Assembly: GCA_951406725.2 (NCBI GenBank)
Contig: OX597838.1
Location: 31,992,001 to 32,056,000 of the forward strand
Reading direction: 5' to 3'
Length of the DNA: 64,000 nt
DNA from: Octopus vulgaris
Taxonomy: Eukaryota
Below are positions 24,763 to 37,045 of the stretch, piece by piece (position 1 is the first letter of the stretch; each line of letters opens with the position of its first letter). The notes beneath the pieces are model-generated. The model did no database searches, was not told the DNA's origin, and worked only from the letters and a program-made list of their open reading frames with translations. The position numbers were made by a program, and so were the translations under genes.

Positions 24763-25415
24763 AATATCAACACAGAGAGAAAACAAAGAGACAAGTTGAA
24801 ACTAGTAAAAAATTACTGGATAATTCTAGATCCCGGATTTCTGACTTTTAGTGCCAGTTAATATGACCAACCGTTTGAATATCATCTTCGCTTCCATTTT
24901 ATTGCCGTTTTGTCTACGACAAAACGTCTGTTAAGAACACCATGATGGTGAGGGTGTGTGGCCTAGTGTTTAGGGGTGTTGCACTCACAATCATGAGATC
25001 ATGGTTTCAATTCTCAAACCAGGTGGTGCGTTGTGTTCTTGAGCAAAACCCCCTTCATTTCACGTTGCCCCAGTCCGCTCAGCTGTAGAAGGGTCACCCT
25101 GCAACAGACTGGTGCACAAGGGTGAGAGGGTGGCTCAGGAAAATCACCGAAACAGAGGTCCCATGAACCACATTTAGTATTCAGTGATCGAAAGGATGAA
25201 CAGTGGAACCCTTACTGTTAATCCCTGACCTGTTTGGGGTTAATTGTTCAACAATATGGAAGGACAAAAACCACAAAAGGCTGGTGTTCTGCCAGTATTC
25301 CTTCCGAGCAGAGCTTTGTGTTGTTCCACACAGGAAAAATCTCTGAGACAAAAATATTACATTTGGTGCTGCTCCACCTTTGTATACACATCCATAGTTT
25401 CGTCTAAGGCCGTAC

Positions 25416-25484
<69 letters not shown>

Positions 25485-25809
25485 GATGATGATGATGATG
25501 ATGATAATAATAATGATAATAATAATAATGATGATGATGATGATGATGATAATAATAATAATGATAATAATAATAATAATTATGATAATAATGATAATGA
25601 TAATAATAATGATAATAATGATAATGATAATAATAATGATAATAATGATAATAATAATAATAATAATAATAATGATAATAATAATAATAATAATAATAAT
25701 GATAATAATGATAATAATAATAATAATAATAATAATGATAATAATGATAATAATAATAATAATGATAATAATGATAATAATAATAATAATAATAATAATG
25801 ATAATAATG

Positions 25810-25881
<72 letters not shown>
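25416..25881. repeat. (TAA/TGA)n trinucleotide microsatellite
   Basis: Direct reading. Confidence 0.97.
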
Positions 25882-26094
25882 TGTATTACTGTTGTTATTT
25901 CCTCCTTCTATCAACTTTGATTTATTCTAAAAAAAAAATTTTAGGGAAATTAGTATTTTCTTGTTGACTAGTTCAGTAACCATAGCAACAGAACAAGCAA
26001 GAGGTGGTTGGGTAGGTGGGGGGGGTAGGCAATTGTGGAAGGAATTAATCAATTGAGTAAGCAAACATCCAGCCAACCAATCATCATTATCATC

Positions 26095-26126
<32 letters not shown>

Positions 26127-26575
26127 CACTGTTTATCACCCCACCACCACCACCATTATCACCAACCAACCAACCAGCCATCCGACCGGCTATGAATTAC
26201 ACTTCACTCAGTATATTGAGAGTGCTGTCGTACCTTATTTGGGGTTGGGTAGCATGTCGAGGGGGTGGGGGGGGGATGGGGCGGCTGTCATGATTAATTT
26301 TAACATGTTGGAGATGATGATGATGATGATCATGATCATGAGGATATGGACGATGATGATGATGATGATTATAATGTAATATGTCTGAGTGAATATGTTG
26401 CAGCAACGAGCGGAATGGGAGTGGGTGTACATCTGTCTGCTGCAATTCACTGAATAGGACGATGATGATGATGATGATGGGACAGAGCTGAATGTGTTAT
26501 CAGTGATATGTAAGATTTACTACTACTACTACTACTATCTCCACATCGTGATTGTCATTATTATTATTATTATTA

Positions 26576-26939
26576 TCTCCATATATATAAACGGCAAAAT
26601 GTGTGTGTGTGTGTGTGTCCTTTATAGAAATCCACAATTTTTCAGTTAGAGGGCTCGCACTTTCTATGGTCATTCAAAACCGTCCAAGGGTGGCCGTGCA
26701 CATCTTTACATTTCCCATCTTTACAAAGCCATTAAAAAATCAATAGAAGTGACTTTTTTGTGAATTTTCTATCCAAAACCCAATAAAAATGCCCGAAACT
26801 TGATACGTCAAAAGAATGCCAGCTAGCTGTATGTGATTGGTCGGAGATTTGGACAGTACACGCGTGTATGTGCGCATGCACACAGCTGTATATGCATGCA
26901 CTAGTACTATGACCCAGCGTTGCCGGGTCATAGTGCTAG
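26576..26939 (+). mobile_element. Non-autonomous Helitron
   Basis: A|TC 5' end, subterminal hairpin actatgaccc..gggtcatagt, CTAG|T 3' end, no TSD. Confidence 0.85.
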
Positions 26940-27019
26940 TTATTATATAAAGACTCACAGCTTATTTTGCTGGGTATAATGGAAAGTGTCAGCTGTCCAC
27001 AGCCAGCAGACTAAGGTTA

Positions 27020-27503
27020 TTGGTCATGCTTCAAGAACCCTGCAAAGAATTCTTGCAGTTCCAAGCAATGCCGATTTTTATAGGTGTTCTACCTTCACAC
27101 TTGCACCAATCTTTTTTTGAGCCATGTTGCTAGTTGAGTGCTGACACTTCCAAGTGCACCAATTACGATTGGTATCACATCTACCCTCCTCATTACTATT
27201 ATTATTATTATTGTTATTTTCCTTTTTATCACAGGTTTTGTTGGCGCTCCTGGAGTCTTGCATGCATAGCAGGCTTACTACCTGCAGCCTATGGTACCAT
27301 GCTATTCATTCCTTTCAGCTATCTAATATTTTCCTGATTATTCTGGCCATGCCAAGGACGCAAACTTTTTGTAACAGTTCTACTGGGCACTCTATTCCAA
27401 TTTCCTTAATATTCCTCTTGATGCCTTCTGATACTGTTCCCAAGGATCCAACAATAATTGGTGCTATCTTCACCTTCTTCATTTTCCATAGCCAGGCTAT
27501 TTC
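27020..27503 (-). mobile_element. Two tandem 3' ends of R4/Dong-like (RLE) LINEs separated by (TAA)n
   Basis: WKMKKVKIAPIIVGSLGTV..LLQK..LGMARIIRKIL* and VIPIVIGALGSV..SALLGTARILCRVLE*. Confidence 0.78.
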
Positions 27504-27662
27504 GTTCTGAGTTCAAATTTTGCTGAGGTCGACTTTGCCTTTCATCCTTTCGGGGTCGATAAATGAAGTACCAGTTGAACACTGGGGTCAATGTAATTGA
27601 CATGAACCCTTTCTCAAAAACTGCTGGCCTTGTGTCAAAATTTGAAATCATTATTATTATTA

Positions 27663-28187
27663 TTGAGTGAAAGAGAGCAGCGCATGCCATCAAAGTGACA
27701 TTGGGGTAAAATATACGAAGCCCAGTATACCCATCTGATAAGGGTACACTAGGCACATGCATCACAACCATATGTGCGTGACATAGTGATCTCATATCAA
27801 GATAAATTCACATGACCTTGCAGGTGGGACCCAGTTAGAATTTTCTTCAGGTCAAGCAGCCTATTCCGCTCAAAAGGTTCCTGAATAAGGTTTGTTTAAA
27901 GATATTGAATGAAACACCCATGTTTCCAGAGGTGAATTATTCAAACCCCAAAGAATTCATCTCAACACATGTCTATGATGCTCCCCCACTACTTCTACTC
28001 GTGGTCAGAGATGCACATATTGTCAGCCACTAAGGGACATGCTCAACTGGTTAAGGTCAAACAACTGACAAGCAAGTCTGTGATATTGAACAGAATATTT
28101 GCTATAGCCCATCTTTTATACCAAGACAAAACAATCAGTTAAGATCAGAAGCTATGAGAGCCACTGCCGGGTACTGCATCAGGGTAT
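27663..28187. mobile_element. ~530-bp interspersed element inserted in (TTA)n, copy 1
   Basis: Collinear with 58692-59238; both ends abut TTA repeats. Confidence 0.85.
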
Positions 28188-28398
28188 TTATTATTATTAT
28201 TATTATTAATAAATAAATAAATAAATTAAGTCGAGACCACATTGAGTTACGTCCCTTTAAATTATGAATGCAAATCCTGCCAAGGTCGATTTTGTCTTTC
28301 ATCTTTCTGAAATTAATAAAACAAAATCCTAATAAACTACTCTCTTCCTCAAAATCTATGACTTATCTGTCTGTCTCCCTCTCTATCTTATGTAATAA

Positions 28399-28794
28399 CT
28401 AGCAGTATCGCCAGGCGTTGCTCGGGTTTGTAAGGGAAATAACTATATAAGCATTTTTAGAGATGTAAAGTATAATAGCCATCTCAATAGGGCTAACCAC
28501 TAAGGGGGGGTGTTACTGTAGCTTTTTACGTTCTGAGATTTAATAATAAATTTTTAGAGAGTTACTTCCCTTATATATGCCAAAAATGCATTAAAAATGG
28601 GAAAAATTGATGGTAAATTTGTTTTAAAATCGTAGAATCATCGTAGACGCGTGCTAATACCCAGAAGGGCTCGATACAAATCACGACTATAAGATACCCG
28701 GTTTTGGTTAAACTGCACCGCAAAATGTGGGAGTAGTTAGGAATCTAAATCGTAGGAGACAGACAACACACAACCTCACTTTTATATATAAAGA
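28399..28794 (-). mobile_element. Non-autonomous Helitron
   Basis: Minus strand starts A|TCtttatatataa and ends cccgagcaacgcctgg..ctgCTAG|T. Confidence 0.82.
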
Positions 28795-28998
28795 TATCTG
28801 TCACTCTATACATCTGATTGTGTTTGTATCTATATATCTGTCTATCTCTCTCTATTTGCAGTCGATATCCGTATCTGTCTCTCTGTATATCTGTCTTCCG
28901 CTTGATCTTATATAATCTCTCTCTCTCTGTCTCCTCCTCTGTCTATCCATCCATCCATCCATCTATCTATTTATCTATCTGTTTCTCTTCCCAACCAG

Positions 28999-29115
28999 TT
29001 CAAAGATGTCCGTCTCTCAGGGATGCTGGAACTTGCTTTCTGTCGCCAGAACATTTTCACATCAATTAATGGCATCGAATCGGAGAAGACCAAAACTGGG
29101 TTCGGTGGCTGGTGG
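28999..29115 (+). CDS. INPP5K: 5-phosphatase exon 4 (FKDVRLSGMLELAFCRQNIFTSINGIESEKTKTGFGGWW)
   Basis: ccaaccag acceptor, TGG|gtaagt donor; TG.GG.W leads into GNKGG of the next exon; 117 nt, phase 0/0. Confidence 0.93.
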
Positions 29116-29452
29116 GTAAGTGGACCTTTCATATTTCCATGGAGTGGGGTAGGTGGTTGTGTGAAGTCTTTTAAAGACTGTGACTGTACATCATAAACAC
29201 TTCCGGTCACTTTCGCTTTTGGCCATACAAAGAATCGATGATTGGTCAGTTAGTCAACCCTTTGTTCACAAGTTGGCCATTGTTCACAAACACTCGAAAT
29301 AAGTAAATATATATATATACACATATGTACACGCACTCTTATAAATACATATAAATAGACAAACACATCATCATTTACAACATAGTTATCTACACACACA
29401 CATTCATGTATATATATAAATATATATATACATATAAAAAATTTATATGTAT

Positions 29453-29845
29453 AGGGGCAGGAGTGGCTGTGTGGTTAGTAGCTTGCTTACCAACCACATG
29501 GTTCCGGGTTCGGTCCCACTGCATGGCACCTCGGGCAAGTGTCTTCTACTATAGCCTCTGGCTAACCAAAGCTTTGTGAGTGGACTTGGCAGATGGAAAC
29601 TGAAAGAAGCCTGTCGTATATATATGTGTGTTTGTATGTCTGTGTTTGTCCCCCACCAACATCGCTTGATATGCGATGCGGGTGTGTTTACATCCCCGTA
29701 ACTTAGAGGTTCGGCAAAAAGAGAACTGATAGAATAAGTACTAGGCTTACAAAGAATAAGTCCTGGGGTCGATTTGCTCGACTAAAAGTGATGCTCCAGC
29801 ATGGCCACAATCAAATGAATGAAACAAGTAAAAGAATAAAGAAAA
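29453..29845 (+). mobile_element. SINE family A
   Basis: Full consensus; its 5' flank and head are duplicated at 29981-30192. Confidence 0.9.
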
Positions 29846-30380
29846 GAAAGAAAAGAAAATATATATACATACATACACACACACAAACACGTTTACATAT
29901 ATACATATGCACACACAAACATACGTTTATATACATTACATACACACACACACACATGTATATATTATTGAGTAATGTTAATGTACACACACTCTTATAA
30001 ATACATATAAATAGACATACACATCATCATTTACGACATAGTTATCTACACACACACACTCATGTATATATATAAATATATATATACATATAAAAAATTT
30101 ATATGTATAGGCGCAGGAGTGGCTGTGTGATTCCGGGTTCAGTCCTACTGCATGGCACCTCGGGCAAGTGTCTTCTACTATAGCCTCAGGCTGCTAAAAT
30201 ATAAAGACCCGAATAGCAAAAAAAATATATGCAAGAAAAAGGACTCAATACTTTTGTACCAGAGTCATTTCAGTCACTGATCAAATAAGCTGCAATCGAT
30301 AAAACTTTGAGGTCCCAGTCAACCGACACACATTGTTATTGTTATTATTGTTATTGTTGTTGTTCTTCTTCTTCTTTCAG

Positions 30381-30488
30381 GGCAATAAAGGTGGTGTCTG
30401 CATCAGGTTTGATGTCAATGGTATCAACATGTGTATCGTCAATTCCCACTTAGCAGCCCACAGGGACCAGACTCCAGAACGAATCATG
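30381..30488 (+). CDS. INPP5K: 5-phosphatase exon 5 (GNKGGVCIRFDVNGINMCIVNSHLAAHRDQTPERIM)
   Basis: cttctttcag acceptor, ATG|gtaatt donor; GNKGG and NSHLAAH motifs; 108 nt. Confidence 0.95.
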
Positions 30489-30762
30489 GTAATTTGCTGT
30501 TGTTCTCTTTTACGCACTGTGGCGGCAGTGGTGGTGGTGGTGGTAGCAGCAACAGTGGCAGGGAGGGGGATACTAGTTTGTGGTGTTGGTGGGTGTGATA
30601 GAGGTGCTGGGTGAAGTGATGGTGGTGGTGGTGGTGGTGGTGGTAGTAGTAGTAGTAGTGGTTGTGGTGGTAGGGTCCTGGTTGACCCGATCAACTGAAC
30701 AGCCTGCTCATGAAGTCAGCATGCAAATGGCTGAGAATTCCACAGACATGCGTAACCCTTAA

Positions 30763-31384
30763 CCCTTTCGTTACCAACCTGGCTGAAACTGTCTTTTGGC
30801 TCTGTAGTACAAATGTCTTGTTTTCATAAGTTTTGAATTAAAATCTTCCACCAAACCTTATCACAATTTATGTTCCTAACACTAGTTTAATGATAACGAA
30901 GTTATTTTACTAAATTCTTTGTCATATTTAAAGTAACTGAAAGAAACACAGAGCAGGAGTGGCTGTGTGGTAAGTAGCTTGTTTACCATCCACATGGTTC
31001 TGGGTTCAGTCCCACTGCGTGGCACCTTGGGCAAGTGTCTTCTACTATAGCCTCGGGCCGACCAAAGCCTTGTGAGTGGATTTGGTAGACAGAAACTGAA
31101 AGAAGCCCGTCGTATATATGTATGCATGTATGTGTGTTTGTGTGTGTGTGTTTGTCCTCCTAGCATTGCTTGACAACCGATGCTGGTGTGTTTATGTCCC
31201 CGTCACTTAGCGGTTCGGCAAAAAGAGACCAATACAATAAGTACTGGGCTTACAAAGAATAAGTCCCGGGGTCGAGTTGCTTGATTAAAGGCGGTGCTCC
31301 AGCATGGCCACAGTCAAATGACTGAAACAAGTAAAAGAGTAAGAGTAAAGAGAGCATCTCAACAGAAATACAGTAACGAAAGGG
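30763..31384. mobile_element. piggyBac-type MITE (interrupted by SINE A)
   Basis: TTAA TSDs at 30759-62 and 31385-88; TIR CCCTTTCGTTAC / GTAACGAAAGGG. Confidence 0.9.
30953..31356 (+). mobile_element. SINE family A nested in a piggyBac MITE
   Basis: Full consensus bounded by the direct repeat agagca. Confidence 0.9.
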
Positions 31385-31765
31385 TTAAAGTAATTCTCAA
31401 GGAGATTCAGCATGACACAATGTGACAAGGTTGGCCCCTTTAAAATACAGGTACAACTCATTTTTGCCAGCAGAGTAGACTGGAGCAACGTGAAATAAAA
31501 TGTCTTGCTCAAGGACACATGTTGCTGGGAATTGAACTCACGACCTTGCGATTGTGAGCTGAATGCCCCTAGCCACCAAGCCACACACCTTCACATGCTG
31601 TCCCACAGATATAGATATAACACCACCATTGTCCCCTAAATGGGAGTCATACCGTAATGTGTGTAAGTGTATATTCAGGTGGGCGTAGTTGACCCCTGTA
31701 TAAAGATCTCACCTTTGTGTGGTTCCCTTATGTTGTTTCCATTAACCAATCTGTTGTATTTACAG

Positions 31766-31833
31766 GATTTAAACAGCATCCTGGAAGATCAGAAATTTAG
31801 AGATGATGATGTCAACAATATATTGGACCATGA
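31766..31833 (+). CDS. INPP5K: 5-phosphatase exon 6 (DLNSILEDQKFRDDDVNNILDH-D)
   Basis: tttacag acceptor, GA|gtgagt donor; ILDHD precedes the WLGDLNFR exon; 68 nt. Confidence 0.92.
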
Positions 31834-31859
31834 GTGAGTTCCAACATCTTCTTTTATTT

Positions 31860-32217
31860 ATCTTCATCTCTCTGTCTGCCAGCCTCTCTCTCTCTCGTCT
31901 CTCCATCTCTCTCTCTCATCTCTCTATCTTTCTTTCGTCTCTCTCTCATCTCTCTCTCTCTCTCTCCCTCATCTCTCCATCTCTCTCTCTCATCTCTCTC
32001 TCATCTCTCTATCATCTCTCTATCTCTCTCTCGTCTCCCCATCTCTCTCATCTCTCTCCATCTCTCTCTCTCATTTCTCCATCTCTCTCTCGTCTCTCTA
32101 TCTCTCTCTCTCGCCTTTCTCTCTCTCTCGTCTGTCCATCTCTCTCTCATCTCTCCATCTCTCTCTCATCTCTCCATCTCTCTCTCTCTCTCTCCATCTC
32201 TCTCTCTCATCTCTCCA

Positions 32218-32249
<32 letters not shown>

Positions 32250-32320
32250 ATCTCTCTATCTCTCTCCATCTCTCTCTCATCTCTCTATCTCTCTCTCTCT
32301 CCATCTCTCTCTCTCTCCCT
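31860..32320. repeat. CT-rich polypyrimidine microsatellite
   Basis: Direct reading; begins ~25 nt after the exon 6 donor. Confidence 0.95.
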
Positions 32321-32481
32321 GTGTATTGCTTCTCCCCTCTTTTTTTTTACACTCATTATTTTATATCATTATCTTTTATATTTTGTTGTTTGGCAGACTG
32401 AGTTACAGATATCTACCAATCTATGATTTACAGTGTGTGTGTGTGTTTCTGTGTACATTAGTGTCTGTCTGTGTAAGGGTA

Positions 32482-32540
<59 letters not shown>

Positions 32541-32661
32541 AGTGAGAGAGAGAGAGAGAGAGAGAGAAAACACTTGTACACATATGATGGTTCATATTGT
32601 ATGTATAAAACACACACACACACATTGAGAAAAATTGACATTTGACACTTTTGGCTTATGT

Positions 32662-33048
32662 CATACACATACTTTTATACACACCTGCATTTATACACAC
32701 ATACTTTTATACACACATACCTTTATACACACCTGCATTTATACACACATACTTTTATACACACATACCTTTATACACACATACTTTTATACACACCTGC
32801 ATTTATACACACATACTTTTATACACACATACCTTTATACACACCTGCATTTATACACACATACTTTTATACACACATACCTTTATACACACATACTTTT
32901 ATACACACCTGCATTTATACACACATACTTTTATACACACATACCTTTATACACACCTGCATTTATACACACATACCTTTATACATACCTGCATTTATAC
33001 ATACATACTTTTATACACACCTGCATTTATACACACATACTTTTATAT
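32662..33048. repeat. Minisatellite of mixed 16-18-bp units (acacacctgcatttatac / acacatacttttatac / acacatacctttatac)
   Basis: Direct reading. Confidence 0.93.
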
Positions 33049-33461
33049 ACTCAGTTGTAAGGTTGTAAGGAAAAAGACCATGCTTCCTTCAACACCCTTT
33101 TCACAACCATTCATCCTTTAAATCTTGTCAAAGTCTTGTGGATTATCATTGTCCCAGACACCACAGTCATCTGTATGGATTTTAGATTCTTCCCCCATGA
33201 ATCCAACTTCAGTCATCCTTTAATCCAGGCAGGTTGGAACACCTGTTTGTAATATTTATCCTGTCATTCCCATAAAAATGTTTCTAAATCTAAAAAGTGT
33301 ATTTTGGCGACTGGATTATCAGGATCTTTATCCATATCCATCGATATCCACGTTCTCTTGTGTTTTCCTGTTTACATTAATGCCGTGTGTGTATGTAGAG
33401 CAGTGCCACAGAAACCAGCATTTGTTCCATTAATCTTCACGACTTTGTCTTTTCTCCTCAG

Positions 33462-33573
33462 TTATGTATTGTGGCTGGGCGACCTCAACTTCCGGCTGGA
33501 TGACCTGCCCCGTGAAGAAGTGTTGACACGAATCAAAGAGAAAGATTACAGCTATTTATTACATTATGACCAA
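33462..33573 (+). CDS. INPP5K: 5-phosphatase exon 7 (D-YVLWLGDLNFRLDDLPREEVLTRIKEKDYSYLLHYDQ)
   Basis: tctcctcag acceptor, CAA|gtaagt donor; signature motif GDLNFR; 112 nt. Confidence 0.96.
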
Positions 33574-33775
33574 GTAAGTGTTGTGACCACATTCTGTTTA
33601 TTTATACACACACACACACACACACACGTGGTGAGCTGGCAGAGTGATTAATGTGTGGGGCAGTATTTGTTCCAATTTTTAAGCCCTGGGATGAAAAGGA
33701 TGACCCCAAAAGGATGAAAAGCAAAGTCGACCGCTGCAGAATTTGAACCCAGAATGTAAAGACAGATGAAATACC

Positions 33776-34005
33776 TATTTCTTTATTACCCACAAGGGGC
33801 TAAACACAGAGGGGAGAAACAAGGACAGACATAGGTATTAAGTCGATTACATCGACCCCAGTGCATAACTGGTACTTAATTTATCGACCCCGAAAGGATG
33901 AAAGGCAAAGTCGACCTCGACGGAATTTGAACTCAGAATGTAACGGCGGACGAAATACGGCTACGCATTTCGCCGACGTGCTTACGTTTCTGTCAGCTCA
34001 CCGCC
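33776..34005 (-). mobile_element. SINE family B flanked by a ~200-bp direct duplication
   Basis: Flanks 33581-33775 and 34006-34216 are near-identical. Confidence 0.88.
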
Positions 34006-34032
34006 TTGTGACCACATTCTGTTTATTTATAC

Positions 34033-34067
<35 letters not shown>

Positions 34068-34352
34068 CGTGGTGAGCTGACGGAGTGATTAATGTGTGGG
34101 GCAGTATTTGTTCCAATTTTTAAGCCCTGGGATGAAAAGGATGATCCCAAAAGGATGAAAAGCAAAGTTGACCTCTGCAGAATTTGAACCCAGAATGTAA
34201 AGACAGATGAAATACCACTGAGCATTTCGCTCAGTGTGCTACCAACTCTGCCAGCTTGCTGCCTTCTATTTCTATTCACTGTACCTATTGCTCAACTGCA
34301 TTTGTGACATATGAAGCTTGCATTTTTCTGGTAATCTGCTTGGAATTCCATT

Positions 34353-34740
34353 GTGGAAGCACTCCGTCGGTTACGACAATGAGGGTTCCGGTTGATCCGA
34401 ATCAACGGAACAGCATGCTCGTGAAATTAACGTGTAAGTGGCTGAGCACTCCACAGACACGTGTACCCTTAACGTAGTCCTCGGGGATATTCAGCGTGAC
34501 ACAGAGAGTGACAAGGCCGGCCCTTTGAAATACAGGTACAACAGAAACAGGAAGTAAGAGTGAGAGAAAGTTGTGGTGAAAGAGTACAGCAGGGATCACC
34601 ACCATCCCTGCCGGAGCCTCGTGGAGCTTTTAGGTGTTTTCGCTCAATAAACACTCACAACGCCCGGTCTGGGAATTGAAACCGCGATCCTATGACCGCG
34701 AGTCCACTGCCCTAACCACTGGGCCATTGCGCCTCCGCTG
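34353..34740 (-). mobile_element. tRNA-derived SINE family C, full length with 12-bp TSD
   Basis: Head ggaggcgcaatggcccagtggttagg (A box), ggtttcaattccc (B box); TSD TGGAATTCCATT at 34341-34352 and 34741-34752. Related copies at ~8908-9231, 19670-19992, 24948-25115, 45245-45517. Confidence 0.88.
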
Positions 34741-34859
34741 TGGAATTCCATTACACCTCTTGTGTTTCCAGTCTTATATTAGGCACAGTGTATGGAGTTT
34801 GTACCTGCTTCTTTTCTGCATATTCTGCAAGGTCATCTCTCTGAAGGTTCCAGGGCCCT

Positions 34860-36300
34860 GTCTTCTTACCTATTCACTAAAACCTTCACTTTTGCTGAGT
34901 TTCTAGGTTTTATTTTCCTTGATTCCGGGTTTTGCTTTTACATCTGGAATCCCTTCTCTAATTCCCATATAGATTCAGTTATGAGAACTAGATCATCGAC
35001 ATATAAGACTCCCCATGTACAGCCAGTCTTATGCTCCTCTGTGATGCCCTATAGAACTATGATGAATTGGAAGGGGCTGAGGACTAAGGCTTGATGTACT
35101 CCACCCCTCACACACAGTTCCTCACTCAAGCCATTGTTGAGTCTCACTTTACTTGCTGTGTCTTTGCTCATTGGCTTGTACAGCTCTCACTGGCCATTCA
35201 TCAATGTCGAGTCTTCCTACTGACCACTAGACTACTGGATGTGGGACTCTGTCAAACACCTCTCCAAGTCGACGAAAGTTAGCAGTAATGGTTTACTCCG
35301 AACCAAGTATTTCTCTTGCAGTTGTCTCACTAAGAAGATTGCATCTGTGGTACTTCTTCCGAGTATGAAACCAAACTGCATCTCCTCTCCTTCTATCTTG
35401 TCCTGAATCAGTTATGCTGTGATTCTCTCTTTTACTTTCATAACCTGATCCTTTGCTTTCTTTATAGTTGCTCCTCTCTAACACATCTCCTTTGCCTTTG
35501 TAGCAGTTTGCAAGGACTCCTTTAATGTTAGTCATTGAGTACAACTCCCTTTGTATATCTTAATCAAATAATCTGGGTGGTAATCCTGTACCCTACCTCA
35601 CCAAATATTTTGAGCATCTCCACAACAACCCCTGATGGACCCTGCTGCTTTCCCTTTCTTCATGTCCTTAATTGCTTTATCTCTCATACTGATGTCAACT
35701 TGAATTACTGGTCCCAATGTTGGGTCAGCATAAGGCACCCCCATTTTATCCCATCCATTCCCCACATTCAACAGCTTCTCTTATTAGCACCTCCATACCA
35801 CTTTCTTGTCTTCTATATCAATAAGGAGTTTGCTTTCATCATTTGGAACACACTTCTCGCCAGTGACATTCTGGTTCTCCTTCTCTCCTGCACATTGTCT
35901 CATAATCCTGAACACCTCATGTCTCGGATCTCCTGGTTGAAAGACATGTACAAGTCTCTTTCTCTCTGCCTCACCCTCAGCCAAGTATACCCGTTGCCTA
36001 GCTGTTCTTCTAGCCCTTTGACAAATGGTCTCTGCTGCCGCCTTCCTTTCAGATTTTCCACACTTGTCTCTTAGCCCTTACTGCCCTGTCAACCATATTG
36101 TTCCACCATCATCTTCCTTTCTTCTTGATTGGGACTTTCCTCCAGTCACATGACTGGTCTGTATCCCTAAGCAGGTTATTTCATAGAAATCCCCAGATTT
36201 CATCTGTGCTACGCATTTCTAAATCTCTTTCCCTACAGTCATATGGTCATATGCATTCGTTGGAATTTCTCTAAATCTCTTCCCAATTGCACAGGATCTT
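34860..36300 (-). mobile_element. Decayed RTE-clade LINE ORF2 fragment
   Basis: CYKGKGDVLERSNYK, RSTTDAIFLVRQLQEKYL, VTGEKCV; many frameshifts. Confidence 0.85.
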
Positions 36301-36360
36301 TTAGTTTCCATACATATTGTCAGCATCATCATTTAAAGTCTGCTTTCCATGCTAGCATGG

Positions 36361-36389
<29 letters not shown>

Positions 36390-36398
<9 letters not shown>

Positions 36399-36636
36399 AA
36401 TATTAGGGAATAAATCCAAATTTACAGGGAAAAAAATCAGATTTAGGATTAAATCCAATTTTATAGTAAAATATTATATAATATTAATTAAAGACAAAAC
36501 CACTATTTTGCAAAATGAAACAAGGAAAGACTTAATCAATACATAAAATTTTAATAAATTTTACTTTTTATTAAAATTTTATGTATTGATTAAGTCTTTC
36601 CTTGTTTGTTTTGCAAAATAGTGGTTTTGTCTCTAA

Positions 36637-36670
<34 letters not shown>

Positions 36671-37045
36671 CATTTAAATAATGAGGGAAATAAATTGAAT
36701 ATTAATTTAATTAATATCAATTTAAAACCGTATCCTAGCATACAAAAATCTGAAAAAATCAGAGAAAATTCTAATACATGTGTATATTTGAAGGGCAAAA
36801 CCACTAGGTGGTCAGCCGTATGCTAGAAGTAGATCACCTACAATCAAACTACAAAGAAAGGAATGTTCTCTAGAGGAAAATTCAGTGGACACCAGAACAA
36901 TATGCGGGCAAGACAGATGAAATTAAATAAAAAACCAGAATTACTCACAGACCGGCAGTTTCGCCTATTAACGAATGAATCATTTATGATCTACTTCTAG
37001 CATACGGCTGACCACCTAGTGGTTTTGCCCTTCAAATATACACAT
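36390..37045. mobile_element. Two fold-back (inverted-repeat) elements in (TA)n, probably Penelope-like
   Basis: Hairpin ~36475-36648 (~80-bp arms, 8-nt loop). Perfect 59-bp IR 36778-36836 / 36987-37045 enclosing a CGAAAC half-hammerhead on the - strand. Confidence 0.55.

Larger units (their letters stand above)
30677..31595 (-). mobile_element. SINE family C split by a piggyBac MITE
   Basis: Consensus ..acccTTAA|.gta.ttctc.. is interrupted exactly at TTAA. Confidence 0.8.

Noticed and set aside
32662-33048. CRISPR-like regular repeats
   Set aside because: No unique spacers; eukaryotic minisatellite; no cas genes.
34660-34740. tRNA gene (also the heads of SINE A and B)
   Set aside because: A/B boxes are present but continue into SINE bodies with tail and TSD; no complete cloverleaf.
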